From the NCBI GenBank assembly GCA_040222015.1, contig JAVJWO010000047.1:130603-194602 (forward strand): a DNA stretch of 64,000 nt. Reading direction: 5' to 3'. Shown piece by piece: positions 9,923-20,289 of the stretch (position 1 is its first letter; each line of letters opens with the position of its first letter). Made by a program: the position numbers and the translations under genes. The notes under the pieces were generated by a model, which worked only from the letters and a program-made list of their open reading frames with translations, did no database searches and was not told the DNA's origin. The DNA comes from Coleofasciculus chthonoplastes F2-STO-03. GTDB lineage: Bacteria; Cyanobacteriota; Cyanobacteriia; Cyanobacteriales; Coleofasciculaceae.

Positions 9923-10744
9923 CTATTCCAACTGTAAAAACTTCTCCAACGCCATCACCATCGCGGGGGGCCAACGGCGGATATTTTCCACCCAATCGAT
10001 GTCTTTATAGCGCTGATCTAACCCGATCGCAGCTACCCAGTTACTCTCGGCTTCTCCTTGATTCCCGTTAACCCACAAGGCGGCGGTGAGTGAGGCGCGG
10101 ACATCGGGAAATTGGGGATATTTGCGGATTAGTTTGCGGAGTTCCAGGATTGCCTCTTTTTTCTCGCCAATTTGATAGAGGGCGAGGGCGTGGTTAGCCC
10201 GGGCGAAGGCAAAATCCGGGGATAAATCAATGGCTATCTGGTAATTCGCGATCGCGGCTTCCCATTCTCCCTTTCCCGCTTTAGCGTTTCCCAGGTTGTT
10301 GTACGCCATCGCGTCATCGGGGTTAATCTGCAATACCTGTCGATAATCTGCGATCGCATGATCCCATTCTCCCTTTCCTTCATAAGCTGTCCCCCGGTTC
10401 AAATAGGGATCAGGTGCGTTAGGCGCTAACTGAATCGATTGATTAAAATCTGCGATCGCTTCGTCTAATTTATTCTGACTGACTCTGGCATTTCCCCGAT
10501 TACTCCAGCCTACGGGATTATTGGGTAAAAGTTCAATCAGTTGTGTCCAATACGCTTCAGCCGTGGCAAACTCACCCAGTTGTGTCGCCGTAAACGCTTT
10601 TTGCCGCAATTCGTTGAGCCGCTCAATCTGAGCCTGGGTTAAATCAGGGATTTGGGCTTGTGCCATCACTGATGGCGTTATCCACAATCCAGAGCATACC
10701 AGCACTAGCACGATACCGAATAAACTGACAATCCAACGTTTCAT
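9923..10744 (-). CDS. Tetratricopeptide repeat protein with signal peptide
   Basis: Repeated NRG/AIADY/P-x4-YNN TPR units; start MKRWIV at 10744 because the upstream extension is STRR/REP sequence. Confidence 0.9.
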   Translation of the reverse strand: MKRWIVSLFGIVLVLVCSGLWITPSVMAQAQIPDLTQAQIERLNELRQKAFTATQLGEFATAEAYWTQLIELLPNNPVGWSNRGNARVSQNKLDEAIADFNQSIQLAPNAPDPYLNRGTAYEGKGEWDHAIADYRQVLQINPDDAMAYNNLGNAKAGKGEWEAAIANYQIAIDLSPDFAFARANHALALYQIGEKKEAILELRKLIRKYPQFPDVRASLTAALWVNGNQGEAESNWVAAIGLDQRYKDIDWVENIRRWPPAMVMALEKFLQLE

Positions 10745-11332
10745 GAGAATGTTCAAATCACAGAGGCTATTGATCACTGTACAAGCAATTGGCTCCCCCA
10801 TCTCCCCCAGCTCCCAGACGCGCCATGGCACGTCTCTACATTGCTGCCCCAGCTCCCCCATCTCCCCCAAACTCCTTTTCACTCTATCTTTACGGATTTC
10901 TCACACACTCTTTACACACACGCTACTGAAACCAGTCGTCGCCTCTGTAAAAAGGAACATACCCAAATAAATTGATAGTCTTTCTCAACAAACTTTGATT
11001 AGCTTAAGACTATTTCCCTGAGGGGCATTGGGTAAATTGAATTGAGAAAATGCGAATGAGTTATCAAGAAATCCGCTGGTGGACAATCGCTGTTTTAGAG
11101 ATTGCGATACTGGTGAGTTCGCCGTTCTTAATCCGTATATTTTATCACTTGCCGTAATCTGGAATAACAATACCCCATTGAATTTCAGCTCTGAAACTAC
11201 TGTGTGGACATACCAAACCACTCTTGGTACAACCCTTGGTATGTCCCATCTTTCATCAACTTTAATAATGTCAAATTTTAGATTTTAGCATTTTAAATTC
11301 ACTAAAATCTAAAATCTTTGTTCAAAGAGCCG

Positions 11333-11773
11333 TTAGCTTACCAGCTTTATCCCTCTTACATTAGCGTCCATTAAATAGACTTTACTCAACTTTGCCCCCC
11401 TCAAATCAGCACCTCTGAGATTAACTCGGCTCAATTTGACCCCCCTCAAATCAGTACCTCTTAAATCAGCATCCGTTAAATCGGCACCCTTAAAGTCTGC
11501 ATTTCTCAAATCTGCGCCCCTGAGATCAGCACCGATTAAATCAGCCGCTAGCAATTCAGCACCCCTGAGTTGGGCGCGGGTCAATTTGGCGTAGCTGAGG
11601 TTGGCTAAGCTGAGGTCAGCACCATTGAGATTAGCGCCCCGTAAGTCTGCTTCACTCAAGTCAGCGCCATTCAGGTCAGTCCTTTCGAGGATAGCACCCC
11701 GCAGGTTAGCCGCCGTTAGATCCCTGCCACTGAGGTCTTTTCCACTTAGATTGATCTTCACAGGCTTTTCCAT
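11333..11773 (-). CDS. Pentapeptide repeat protein
   Basis: Continuous A(D/N)LxG repeats. Confidence 0.9.
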   Translation of the reverse strand: MEKPVKINLSGKDLSGRDLTAANLRGAILERTDLNGADLSEADLRGANLNGADLSLANLSYAKLTRAQLRGAELLAADLIGADLRGADLRNADFKGADLTDADLRGTDLRGVKLSRVNLRGADLRGAKLSKVYLMDANVRGIKLVS

Positions 11774-12054
11774 GGTTTTGTTATACAGGCTTATCTTTAA
11801 TTGTTATTCATCCCTAGGGATATATTTCATCAGCCATCTGTCGCAAATGGCTTCAGTAAAATTGCTGAATATTTTGAATCTAGGGGAATTGAGTGGCTGA
11901 AGAGGAGAGATTTTAAATTAATGAAATCTTAAGGATAAGTAAACCCGCTTAAGCGCCAAACTCAGCTCTTGCACTCCTTCTAAGAGTTTAGACGGATTCA
12001 TAATTTTTTCTAATCACATCAATAAGGAAAGAGTTGGCAGCTTAACGGTAATCG

Positions 12055-12699
12055 TCACTCTGATGGTTGATCACTAATTGATACATCTTTGATTTTGCGG
12101 GACTCCAACCAAATTGAAACTCCTATCCAAGCAATCACCAACAGTAGTACCGCGATGCCAAATTTCGCCATCCAAGAGACTAGAGTTTCTAGGGGAATAA
12201 TCCGTCCCACAAAGAAGGATAAACTGACCATAACGGATGCCCACACAGCAGCCCCCGCTAGGTTACACAAGAAAAATTGAGAGTAGGGCATTTCTGCAAT
12301 TCCTGCCATCGGTCCAGCAAAGATGCGTAGGAGTGCCACAAATCGTCCAAAAAACACCGCTCTAGCGGCATTTTCACTAAACTGGCGTTTGACTTCTACA
12401 AGCTGGGGTTCTGGAATGCGAAAGAAACCTCCTAATCGCAATAAGAATGACCAACCGCCTATTTTGCCAATCCAATATCCACAATTATCACCCAGGACAG
12501 CTCCAGTAATGGCAGTTGCCAGCACAAACCAATAATTGAGTTCACCACTTCCAGCTAAGAAACCACCTACCAGAGTAATGGTTTCGCCAGGGAGGGGAAC
12601 TCCAGTATTTTCCAAAGCAATCCCAGAGAAAATAACCCAATAGCCGTACTGATGTGCCAGTTCCTGGATTGTCTCCAGTGATAACAGCTCAAAAGACAT
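12055..12699 (-). CDS. DedA family membrane protein
   Basis: LENTGVPLPGE, GAVLGDNCGYWIG, FFGRFVALLR. Confidence 0.92.
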   Translation of the reverse strand: MSFELLSLETIQELAHQYGYWVIFSGIALENTGVPLPGETITLVGGFLAGSGELNYWFVLATAITGAVLGDNCGYWIGKIGGWSFLLRLGGFFRIPEPQLVEVKRQFSENAARAVFFGRFVALLRIFAGPMAGIAEMPYSQFFLCNLAGAAVWASVMVSLSFFVGRIIPLETLVSWMAKFGIAVLLLVIAWIGVSIWLESRKIKDVSISDQPSE

Positions 12700-13006
12700 C
12701 CAGTAAACCCTTTACAAAAATTTATCACCTATCACATTTTCACGTATTTTGGCAAATTATGTCAACTCGAACAGGACTTACGCCCTAAGGTTATCGGTTG
12801 AGACAAGGTATGGGATGGGGTGTGTGGCATGATACAGTAGGGGCGCAAAGACTTGCTTGCGCCCGATTTAACTGTAGGGGCGCAAAGACTTGCGCCAAGT
12901 CTTAGCTTGTTCGATGACTTTAGGGCTACTAAAAACCCAGACCTCAGCTCTTAGCAGGTCTGGGTAGTTTATTATGTCAAAAGCGAAGTTGTTTTGATAC
13001 AACTCC

Positions 13007-13255
13007 TCAAGTTGGCACCAACTCACCTGGACGCAGTTTTGCCCATTTGCCCATTTCTTCCTTAAAGCTGTTACATCCGACGACATCCCATTCCATCTCG
13101 ACAAAATCCGCTTGAGGACGGATGTTGACATTGATGGTTGGTTCAATCGGCTCAAAATCTGGCGTTTCCGTCAGATGGGGTTGCTGATGCTGGGTTTCCA
13201 CGGCATTATAGGTGGTGCATCGGTCTACATAGTGGCAGTTAACGCAAATACACAT
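13007..13255 (-). CDS. ycf34: Ycf34 family protein
   Basis: MCICVNCHYVDRCTTY...EWDVVGCNSF...LRPGELVPT. Confidence 0.92.
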   Translation of the reverse strand: MCICVNCHYVDRCTTYNAVETQHQQPHLTETPDFEPIEPTINVNIRPQADFVEMEWDVVGCNSFKEEMGKWAKLRPGELVPT

Positions 13256-13381
13256 TGCCCAAACTCCAAGTCCTTTTTGTTAGCCTAGCTTAGACCAGCC
13301 CTAGATTGACCACTATTTAAATGGATTTTTTGATTTGTCCGATGTCATTCGTCCTTTGTCCCCCAGTATTCGTTACTCACG

Positions 13382-14623
13382 ATGAATTCTGACTTATCGG
13401 TTCTGTCTCCTGAAAGGTTTCCCTTCAGTCTAGAGTGGCTACCGCCTCAAGCCTGCTTAGTCGGTGGTGCGGTACGAGATGCGTTGCTGGGGCGACAGGC
13501 TGACTATTTGGATTTGGACTTTGTGGTTCCCCATGACGCGGTGAACATCGCCCGTAAGCTGGCAAGTCATTACCAAGCTGGGTTTGTGGTGCTGGATGAA
13601 GCGCGACAGATTGCCAGAGTTGTTTTTGATACCGCCACGGTTGACATCGCTCAACAGCAAGGGGAAACCCTACAGACTGACCTGTATCGACGTGATTTTA
13701 CCATTAATGCGATCGCGTATAATCCCCAGACCCAGCAAATTATTGATCCGTTGCAAGGTGTAGCCGATTGTCGTGCAGGTATAATCCGCATGGTATCCCC
13801 GGCGAATCTCCAGGATGATCCCTTACGATTACTGCGGGCTTATCGTCAAGCTGCTCAACTGGGTTTTACGATAGAACCCACCACTCAATCCACAATTCGC
13901 CAATTTGCTCCCTTCCTGGCAAACATGGCAGCCGAACGAGTACAAGTTGAATTAAACTACCTACTGCAATCGCCTCAAGGAACACCTTGGCTTACCGCCG
14001 CTTGGCAGGATCAATTACTTTACCATTGGTTTCCTGATACAAAGGCTGATAACTTCACCCAAATCGCTGCAACGGATAACGCCGCGATTCTAGTGGCTCA
14101 AACATGGCAGACATTAGCCAGCCAACTGAAAACCCCAGTCAGTGGCAAATCCTTATCGTGGTTGAGTTTAGCGAAATTGACGAACGTATTACCCTCTGAG
14201 GTTGAACCAGCAGAAGCCCAACTTTTACGGTTAAAATACAGCCGCGCCGAAATTCGGGCAGTGTTGATTATGATTCAATACTTACCCCAACTTTTATCTC
14301 ATATCACCTCACCCATGAGCTTAAGAGAGCAGTATTTTTTCTTTCAAAATGTCGGCTCAGTTTTCCCCGCTTTAGCGGTTCTAGCCATTGCCGAAGGACT
14401 ATCTGTTGAGTCAATCGCTCCCTTAATTCATCGTTATTTAAACCCAGAGGATCAAGTCGCTCATCCGACTCCCTTAGTCAAGGGTCATGATTTGATGCAA
14501 CAGTTAAAGTTACCACCGAGTCCTCAAATTGGCGAGTTACTCACAGAGATTCAAATTGCCAGGATTGAAGGCAAAGTTTCGACTCGTGACAAGGCGTTAG
14601 CATTTGCCAAGCGACTTCTATAA
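13382..14623 (+). CDS. cca: CCA tRNA nucleotidyltransferase / poly(A) polymerase family
   Basis: LVGGAVRD, DLDF, DLYRRDFTINA, DDPLRLLRAYR. Confidence 0.9.
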   Translation: MNSDLSVLSPERFPFSLEWLPPQACLVGGAVRDALLGRQADYLDLDFVVPHDAVNIARKLASHYQAGFVVLDEARQIARVVFDTATVDIAQQQGETLQTDLYRRDFTINAIAYNPQTQQIIDPLQGVADCRAGIIRMVSPANLQDDPLRLLRAYRQAAQLGFTIEPTTQSTIRQFAPFLANMAAERVQVELNYLLQSPQGTPWLTAAWQDQLLYHWFPDTKADNFTQIAATDNAAILVAQTWQTLASQLKTPVSGKSLSWLSLAKLTNVLPSEVEPAEAQLLRLKYSRAEIRAVLIMIQYLPQLLSHITSPMSLREQYFFFQNVGSVFPALAVLAIAEGLSVESIAPLIHRYLNPEDQVAHPTPLVKGHDLMQQLKLPPSPQIGELLTEIQIARIEGKVSTRDKALAFAKRLL

Positions 14624-14661
14624 ATTAGGACACGATGGTATCGTGTCCCTACCGAATCAAT

Positions 14662-14789
14662 TAAGCTGTTCGGCATTTAAACCTTAATGTCAATAATGAC
14701 GAAAGGATGGTAGTGCGTTAAGCGAAGCCATGCCGCAGGCTTTGCATCTTGCTCGCTACTAATACCCAATTTAAATGCATGACAGCTTA
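14662..14789. mobile_element. MITE-like element with imperfect TIRs (TAAGCTGT...GCATTTAAA / TTTAAATGC...ACAGCTTA)
   Basis: Terminal inverted repeats visible; inverted partial copy at 40235-40337. Confidence 0.7.
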
Positions 14790-14948
14790 TCCCTAAGCTG
14801 CGGTAGGCTTGTAGTAGGGAACCTTAGCCCTATATTCTATAGCAACCGCCACGCCAATTAAATCGGGCGCACGTCGGTGCGCCCCTACAGTGTTTGGATG
14901 TAAGCGTTATCCACTACATTAGTTGTGCCACTCCATTTCCCTTGTTTC

Positions 14949-15803
14949 CTAGCTGACTAACTTTAAACCATGATGCCGTTCGCTATCTTCCTCAACCGTA
15001 TTTTGAACAGTATACTGATTTGACTGTAGCGCCTGTCGCATGGAGATAATTTGTGCCATCATTTGTTCGAGTTGATGGTCTATTTTCTCAACGTCTGAGG
15101 GTGTTGGCGATGACGGTTGTGCATCTTGGGCTGGGGTATTACCGAAGACAGCTTGAGCTGATGCTAAGGATACTGCGAGTGCTTGCATCGAGTTCACTTG
15201 AGCGGAGGTAATCGGTTGCTCGCTAATAACCTGCGGTTCCACTGGCAGCGTCTCAATCACATCTACTGGTGCTGAATTCGCTTGAGACGATATCTGTTCC
15301 TCTAATGCGGTTTGCAACGATACTTCTTCTATCTCTGGAGTGTCTTGCTCCATCGCGTTTACGGGTGCAGGTGTCTGAGTGTTTTGATTTACGGTTGTAC
15401 TGGTTAATTCTGTCGCCTGTTTATCCAACCAGTTTTGTAGCCCAGAAGCATCTAACTGAGATTGTGAGCTTCTGATGTTATCCAGCAGTTTTTGCTTTTC
15501 GTCTAAAGTCTGGGTTAATTGGGCAAGTTTTTGTTCGACGACAGCCGATTTCCGATTTGACTGTTGCCACCCCATCATCGCTACACTTGTGAGTCCCATA
15601 CCTGCGCTCAGTAAGCCCGCTACCCCTAGATACTGAGGTGCAAAGTCTTTCAATTCGCCAAAAAAAAGCGGTTCTTCTTGAACTTGAACCGTCACAGGTT
15701 TGGAACCGAATAGATTGAGGGGTAGAGTCAAGGTTGCAAATACGGCTGCTGAAAGTGCCACGGGTGTAAGAATGAATTTGATGGCAGTTGCACTGGTTGT
15801 CAT
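14949..15803 (-). CDS. Hypothetical membrane protein (2 TM + coiled coil + low complexity), paralog of 58242..59159
   Basis: Shares LTPxxLSxAxF-LTLPL-FG-VTxQxQEEP-YLG-GWxQS-LxASGLxN and C-terminal LKxx with the 58242 gene. Confidence 0.75.
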   Translation of the reverse strand: MTTSATAIKFILTPVALSAAVFATLTLPLNLFGSKPVTVQVQEEPLFFGELKDFAPQYLGVAGLLSAGMGLTSVAMMGWQQSNRKSAVVEQKLAQLTQTLDEKQKLLDNIRSSQSQLDASGLQNWLDKQATELTSTTVNQNTQTPAPVNAMEQDTPEIEEVSLQTALEEQISSQANSAPVDVIETLPVEPQVISEQPITSAQVNSMQALAVSLASAQAVFGNTPAQDAQPSSPTPSDVEKIDHQLEQMMAQIISMRQALQSNQYTVQNTVEEDSERHHGLKLVS

Positions 15804-16183
15804 TGGTAGTTCCCTCTAAAAGTTACCTGCGTTTGTGGTGATACCTAAGATGTATCAGCCGTGTTCAACGGTTTTGCAGATTACCCCTGTTTATGAATTA
15901 ACGGCTTTAACCCCGAAAGGAGTATGAAGTTGTAGTGCACCTGATCTTAAAGAGCAGTTCCTTGGAGCCGTATAAAGTTCATCGGATAGATGAATGCTTT
16001 ATGTACTTGATTTGAGTTTGCTCTCTCTTTTACTTAATTTAATATAAATTTCGCTAATTGTATATAAAGCTTTTATGAAGAATTTATTCAGGGTATAAAT
16101 ACCCAATGAATTTATTTTCACAGAGAAAAAATTTCATGATGTTTTTTTCGGAAACCCGCCCTTACCAAACTGGGCAGGTTTAG

Positions 16184-17260
16184 TCATATCTGGGTGCAGC
16201 AAGAAAGGATAGTAATCAAACCTGCCCCGACAACACTTATGACTTGATCGGGCAAGGAAAGTTGCCGCAATTGTTGATTTATCTTAACGGCTGCGGCTAA
16301 TCCAGACTTCATCGCACTTTCAATTAAATTATTCCCACACCAATCGCCACAACAGACGAGGGGTAAGGGTGTAGTTGTCACCAGACAATCTTTATCGGCG
16401 GGAGTTCTGGGAAAGGCATAGCGCCAGCGATGGATTTGGAACCAATCTGGAGTCTTGAGCCAAGGAACGAGGATTTGAGCCGCATGAGTGAGTAACTGTT
16501 GACCCGCTTCCTGTAAATCGGCAGCCTCTAGATAATGTTGAGCAAATTCAGCCGTACTATGAAACACATAGATTGGTGAAGTCGAATCAGACCGTTTACT
16601 GCTATCTAAACCAATCCAGGCTAAATTATCATCGGGTGAACAGTTGATCGAGCCTGACGTTAATGGCGGTTGCTGGGGATTAGAATAACCCGCCATGATA
16701 CTTAAACAGGGGTTAAATTCCACTGCCCCTAGACTCTCTAAGAAATTAGAGGGGAACTCTTTTTCTAGGGGTTCCAGCACTGTTAACGCTTGGGGGGCGG
16801 GAATCGCCATAACCACGGCGGCGGCGGTTAAGTTGTTGTCAGTTTTCTCAGGTGTATGATAGGTAATCTGCCAGGTTTGTTCAGGAGTTGGCGCGATCGC
16901 ACAGACGCGACAGGAGAAGCGGATATCTAAATTATGAGCCAGATATTTGGCAATAGCGGTCATGCCTGTGGGGGCGACATACCGAGGAGATGGGCATTCA
17001 GACTGATCTTGATTATCCATCCACAGGTGCAGAATGCCGCGATCGCACAATGTCTCAATTAGTTGCTGGGATAACTTGCCCTTCGCCTCTAGAAACGGCA
17101 CACCATGATCCACAGGGGTTCCCTGAATGCGTCGAGTTGCCACTCGCCCACCAACGCCACGAGACTTTTCTAAGACAACAACTCGATACCCAGCTTGGTA
17201 CAATTGTTGAGCGCAGGTTAGTCCTGCCATACCTGCACCGATAATCGCAATATCAAACAC
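16184..17260 (-). CDS. Renalase-like NAD(P)/FAD-dependent oxidoreductase
   Basis: IIGAGMAG, EKSRGVGGRVATRR, DHG, HRWRYA, CGDW; GTG start at 17260. Confidence 0.9.
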   Translation of the reverse strand: MFDIAIIGAGMAGLTCAQQLYQAGYRVVVLEKSRGVGGRVATRRIQGTPVDHGVPFLEAKGKLSQQLIETLCDRGILHLWMDNQDQSECPSPRYVAPTGMTAIAKYLAHNLDIRFSCRVCAIAPTPEQTWQITYHTPEKTDNNLTAAAVVMAIPAPQALTVLEPLEKEFPSNFLESLGAVEFNPCLSIMAGYSNPQQPPLTSGSINCSPDDNLAWIGLDSSKRSDSTSPIYVFHSTAEFAQHYLEAADLQEAGQQLLTHAAQILVPWLKTPDWFQIHRWRYAFPRTPADKDCLVTTTPLPLVCCGDWCGNNLIESAMKSGLAAAVKINQQLRQLSLPDQVISVVGAGLITILSCCTQI

Positions 17261-17343
17261 TACAGAATCTCCTGTCCGGTTGATGCTTAGTATACAGGTA
17301 GAATAGAGAACAGTAGGGCTTATAGGGGTTGGAGGGAATACCA

Positions 17344-18186
17344 TTGGATGAACTCAGAAGCGCCTTAGAACTGGCAACGGAAGACGAATTACAACAACTG
17401 ACACAAATTTTGTTCCGTCGTCAGTTTAATCCCCTAGACTATCTGCAAACCCCTGAACCCATCGACGTTCAAAGTCAAGATCGGCAGGTGTGGTTGGATA
17501 ATCTAGAGCAACGGTTTCGCTTTTTAGCCGCCGATGGGATGACTGTGCTTAAGGGACGCACCAATGACTTCACGTACCGACAAGCATTGATTCAGGTTTG
17601 CCGTTACCTGAAGATCCCTTATTCCCAAAAACTATCCACCACGGATCTAGAAGCAGAAATATTTCTTAACCTGATGAGTCGCGCCTGGAAAAAATTACCC
17701 CAGGCTGAACAAAAATCGCTTACCGTGCGGGTACAACGCTCATTAGCCCAGTCGAATCAATCCCAACCGTTACCCGCACATATCCAGCACAATCCGATGG
17801 ATTTGTTGATTAAGGGGGGTTCGGCGTTAGCGGTGTCTTCCATTGTCAAGCCAATTATTCTTAAACAGGTAGCGCGTCAGTTTGCCATCCATTTTGCCCG
17901 CTATCAAGTGGCAAAACAAGCAGCGGTTCAGGGAGGAGCAGCAGCGGCGACTCAGTTTCAGAATTACCTGGTGCTGCAAACGGCGAAGCGGGGAATGGCA
18001 GCGAATGCAGCACGTTATGGGGCAACTCGCACCTTATTTGCTTTTGTCGGACCCGTATTGTGGGGCTATTTCTTCGCCGACTTAGGCTGGCGTGCGATCG
18101 CGACAAATTACGGTCGGATTATCCCCACTATCTTAGCGTTAGCCCAAATTCGCCTACTCCGGAGCGAGTGTTGGGAACCGGTGTAG
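17344..18186 (+). CDS. YaaW-like conserved cyanobacterial protein
   Basis: LDELRSALELATEDEL, RFRFLAADG, WRAIATNYGRIIP; TTG start. Confidence 0.8.
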   Translation: MDELRSALELATEDELQQLTQILFRRQFNPLDYLQTPEPIDVQSQDRQVWLDNLEQRFRFLAADGMTVLKGRTNDFTYRQALIQVCRYLKIPYSQKLSTTDLEAEIFLNLMSRAWKKLPQAEQKSLTVRVQRSLAQSNQSQPLPAHIQHNPMDLLIKGGSALAVSSIVKPIILKQVARQFAIHFARYQVAKQAAVQGGAAAATQFQNYLVLQTAKRGMAANAARYGATRTLFAFVGPVLWGYFFADLGWRAIATNYGRIIPTILALAQIRLLRSECWEPV

Positions 18187-18311
18187 CCTCGTTTTCCGAT
18201 TAATGCCAATATTTTTAGGGGAGGGAACTCGAACGGTTAAAATCGCTGAACGAAACGAAGTCCGCCTCGGCGGACTCAGGAAAAATTAGGGAATTATTCA
18301 CCATTTACCAT

Positions 18312-18953
18312 TTACAGAAGTTTGACATTTGAGAAGTTAAACTCCTGAACGGACTCTTTGCCATCGGTTTCTGTGCGAATAATGCGCTGGGTCAGAATAA
18401 AATAGTCGCCAACCTTTTCGTAATTATCTTCAAACACACTTTTACCGCCCTTTTGTTCACCCGTTTTGGGGTCATGGTAGACTGAATCATAACGGTGAGA
18501 AAGATAACCTTCCCCCGTGTTGTGGGAACTAAAGGTGTTAATCGTGACGACAACGCCGTGAATGTGACGGTGGACGTGGGTTACTTCATTATCACGGACT
18601 TTGTAGCGATCGCCTTCTGCTTTACCACCCATTAAGAGTTCCACATCACCTGTCTCATCGGTATCCCCGAAGGAGAAGGTATTCTTCCCGTGGGTGTCTT
18701 CAAAGGAACGGCGAACCCGGTGAATCGCAGTTTCCCAGAGTTGAGAGTGAATCGCTTGCTTGGCGTCTTCGTCTTCGACATCAAAGACTTCGGCTTTCAT
18801 ATCCGGGTTAACCCGAACCTTCCCTGTAACTACCTGATCATCCTGTTTGAATGTCACATCTGCGGTGTAACCGGGGAAGTTGTTATCCCAGGTGTAGCGG
18901 TTCTCATACGCCGCCCGAAAGAAATCACGAGCTGATGTTTGAACTCCAACCAT
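18312..18953 (-). CDS. DUF3386 domain protein
   Basis: ARDFFRAAYENRYTWD, IHRVRRSFE, GYLS motifs. Confidence 0.85.
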   Translation of the reverse strand: MVGVQTSARDFFRAAYENRYTWDNNFPGYTADVTFKQDDQVVTGKVRVNPDMKAEVFDVEDEDAKQAIHSQLWETAIHRVRRSFEDTHGKNTFSFGDTDETGDVELLMGGKAEGDRYKVRDNEVTHVHRHIHGVVVTINTFSSHNTGEGYLSHRYDSVYHDPKTGEQKGGKSVFEDNYEKVGDYFILTQRIIRTETDGKESVQEFNFSNVKLL

Positions 18954-19144
18954 CTGCTTCTCCTATATGTTTACTTTTGCGTTGCTGTAAACTAGCATAG
19001 TCGGGACTATCCAGCCTGTATAGACCCCAAGTGGGTACTGTCTGCATCAACTACGCCACTGGGGAGCAGGGGAAAATAGTGAATGGTGCAAGATATGAGT
19101 TAAACGGCAAAGATTTTAACATCAACCCCGTTTATTTACAACTT

Positions 19145-20266
19145 CTAATTTATAGGTGCGACAATTTTTAACGTTTTAACCACAGGAATTATAGCTTCAG
19201 TTGTCAGGATAAATTGCTTTCTAATAAAAGGAGAAGTCATCGCGGACAGAAGACCCCCGTAATCCAGGTTAAAATTCACTTCATCTCCAACTTGTAAGTT
19301 GTGGTTCTTGCCGTCGAGAATAATATGATCACTGCTAGCTCCGAGTATTTCTAGCTTTTTCTTCGATTTCAAGCTAGATACCAGAACGTCCTGCCTTCCC
19401 AAAGCAATAATCACTCTCTGGCTAATTCCTCGATCTGAGAAACTAGGAACGTTTCCAAAAGCATCTTGACAGATCTCGCCAAATGGTATGGAGGGCTTTT
19501 TCTTGGACTCAATAACTTCGGCAACGAGTTTGAATGCCTCTGTGTGTAAACCTGGAATCGCTTTTCGGTTCACAGTTTCGCACCCTAAAAGGATGGATTC
19601 ACCCAAGCGAAGATTGTTGATATTGCCGATATATTGAGCAGATTTATACCATTCATAATTAGCCGAATTTCCGCCGGATATTATTTCCAAATTAATCTGA
19701 AATTCTTTTTGGATGCCATTAACCAGTTCAGACAATTTATGCATATTTTTATTGTCTGGCTTTACTCCACCATAACAAGCCAAATTGCAGCCAATACCAA
19801 CAATTTTTATACGGGATAGAGAAAGAGTTTTTCTGATAAATTGAGAAAGATCACCAGGAAGTACCCCTTCCCGCAGATCTCCTAACTCTACCATCACAAT
19901 TATTTGATGATTTCTATTATGTATTTTTGCATAATAGGAAAGTTGCTTAATCGTCTCGATTTCAGTGTTTAGACTAATGTCTACACTGGTAACCACAGCT
20001 TCCGCCTGACTTAAAGGAGTGCGTAGAAGCACAAACTGAGTGGATATCCCAGCATTTTTCATTTTTTGAATGTTTTCAAGGCGAGAGTCAGCAATAAATC
20101 TGACTCCACCTTGAATCATTGCCTCGACAATAGAAGGTTCTCCTAGCACTGCTTTGGAAACTCCCATCAATGAAATCCCTCTCTGCCCATAAAGTTCACA
20201 TAGCATTCGGGCATTGTCCCGTATTTGAGATAGGGAAATTTCTATCCTTGGCATAAACAATTTCAT
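19145..20266 (-). CDS. Alanine/ornithine racemase family PLP-dependent enzyme
   Basis: GVSK (PLP lysine), ADSR, ELGDLREG, NLACYGG, SGGNS, LRLGES, GASSDH. Confidence 0.88.
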   Translation of the reverse strand: MKLFMPRIEISLSQIRDNARMLCELYGQRGISLMGVSKAVLGEPSIVEAMIQGGVRFIADSRLENIQKMKNAGISTQFVLLRTPLSQAEAVVTSVDISLNTEIETIKQLSYYAKIHNRNHQIIVMVELGDLREGVLPGDLSQFIRKTLSLSRIKIVGIGCNLACYGGVKPDNKNMHKLSELVNGIQKEFQINLEIISGGNSANYEWYKSAQYIGNINNLRLGESILLGCETVNRKAIPGLHTEAFKLVAEVIESKKKPSIPFGEICQDAFGNVPSFSDRGISQRVIIALGRQDVLVSSLKSKKKLEILGASSDHIILDGKNHNLQVGDEVNFNLDYGGLLSAMTSPFIRKQFILTTEAIIPVVKTLKIVAPIN

Positions 20267-20289
20267 TGATTATTTCCAGACGATTACGT

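Noticed and set aside
10745..10882. Long N-terminal extensions in ORF track (TPR, hupE, Uma2, ietA, renalase, DUF4129)
   Set aside because: Extensions run through repeats or non-coding-looking sequence; downstream starts fit family N-termini better.
10985..11288. Two overlapping small ORFs (78 and 69 aa) between TPR and pentapeptide genes
   Set aside because: No motif, SD or compositional support for either; cannot choose one.
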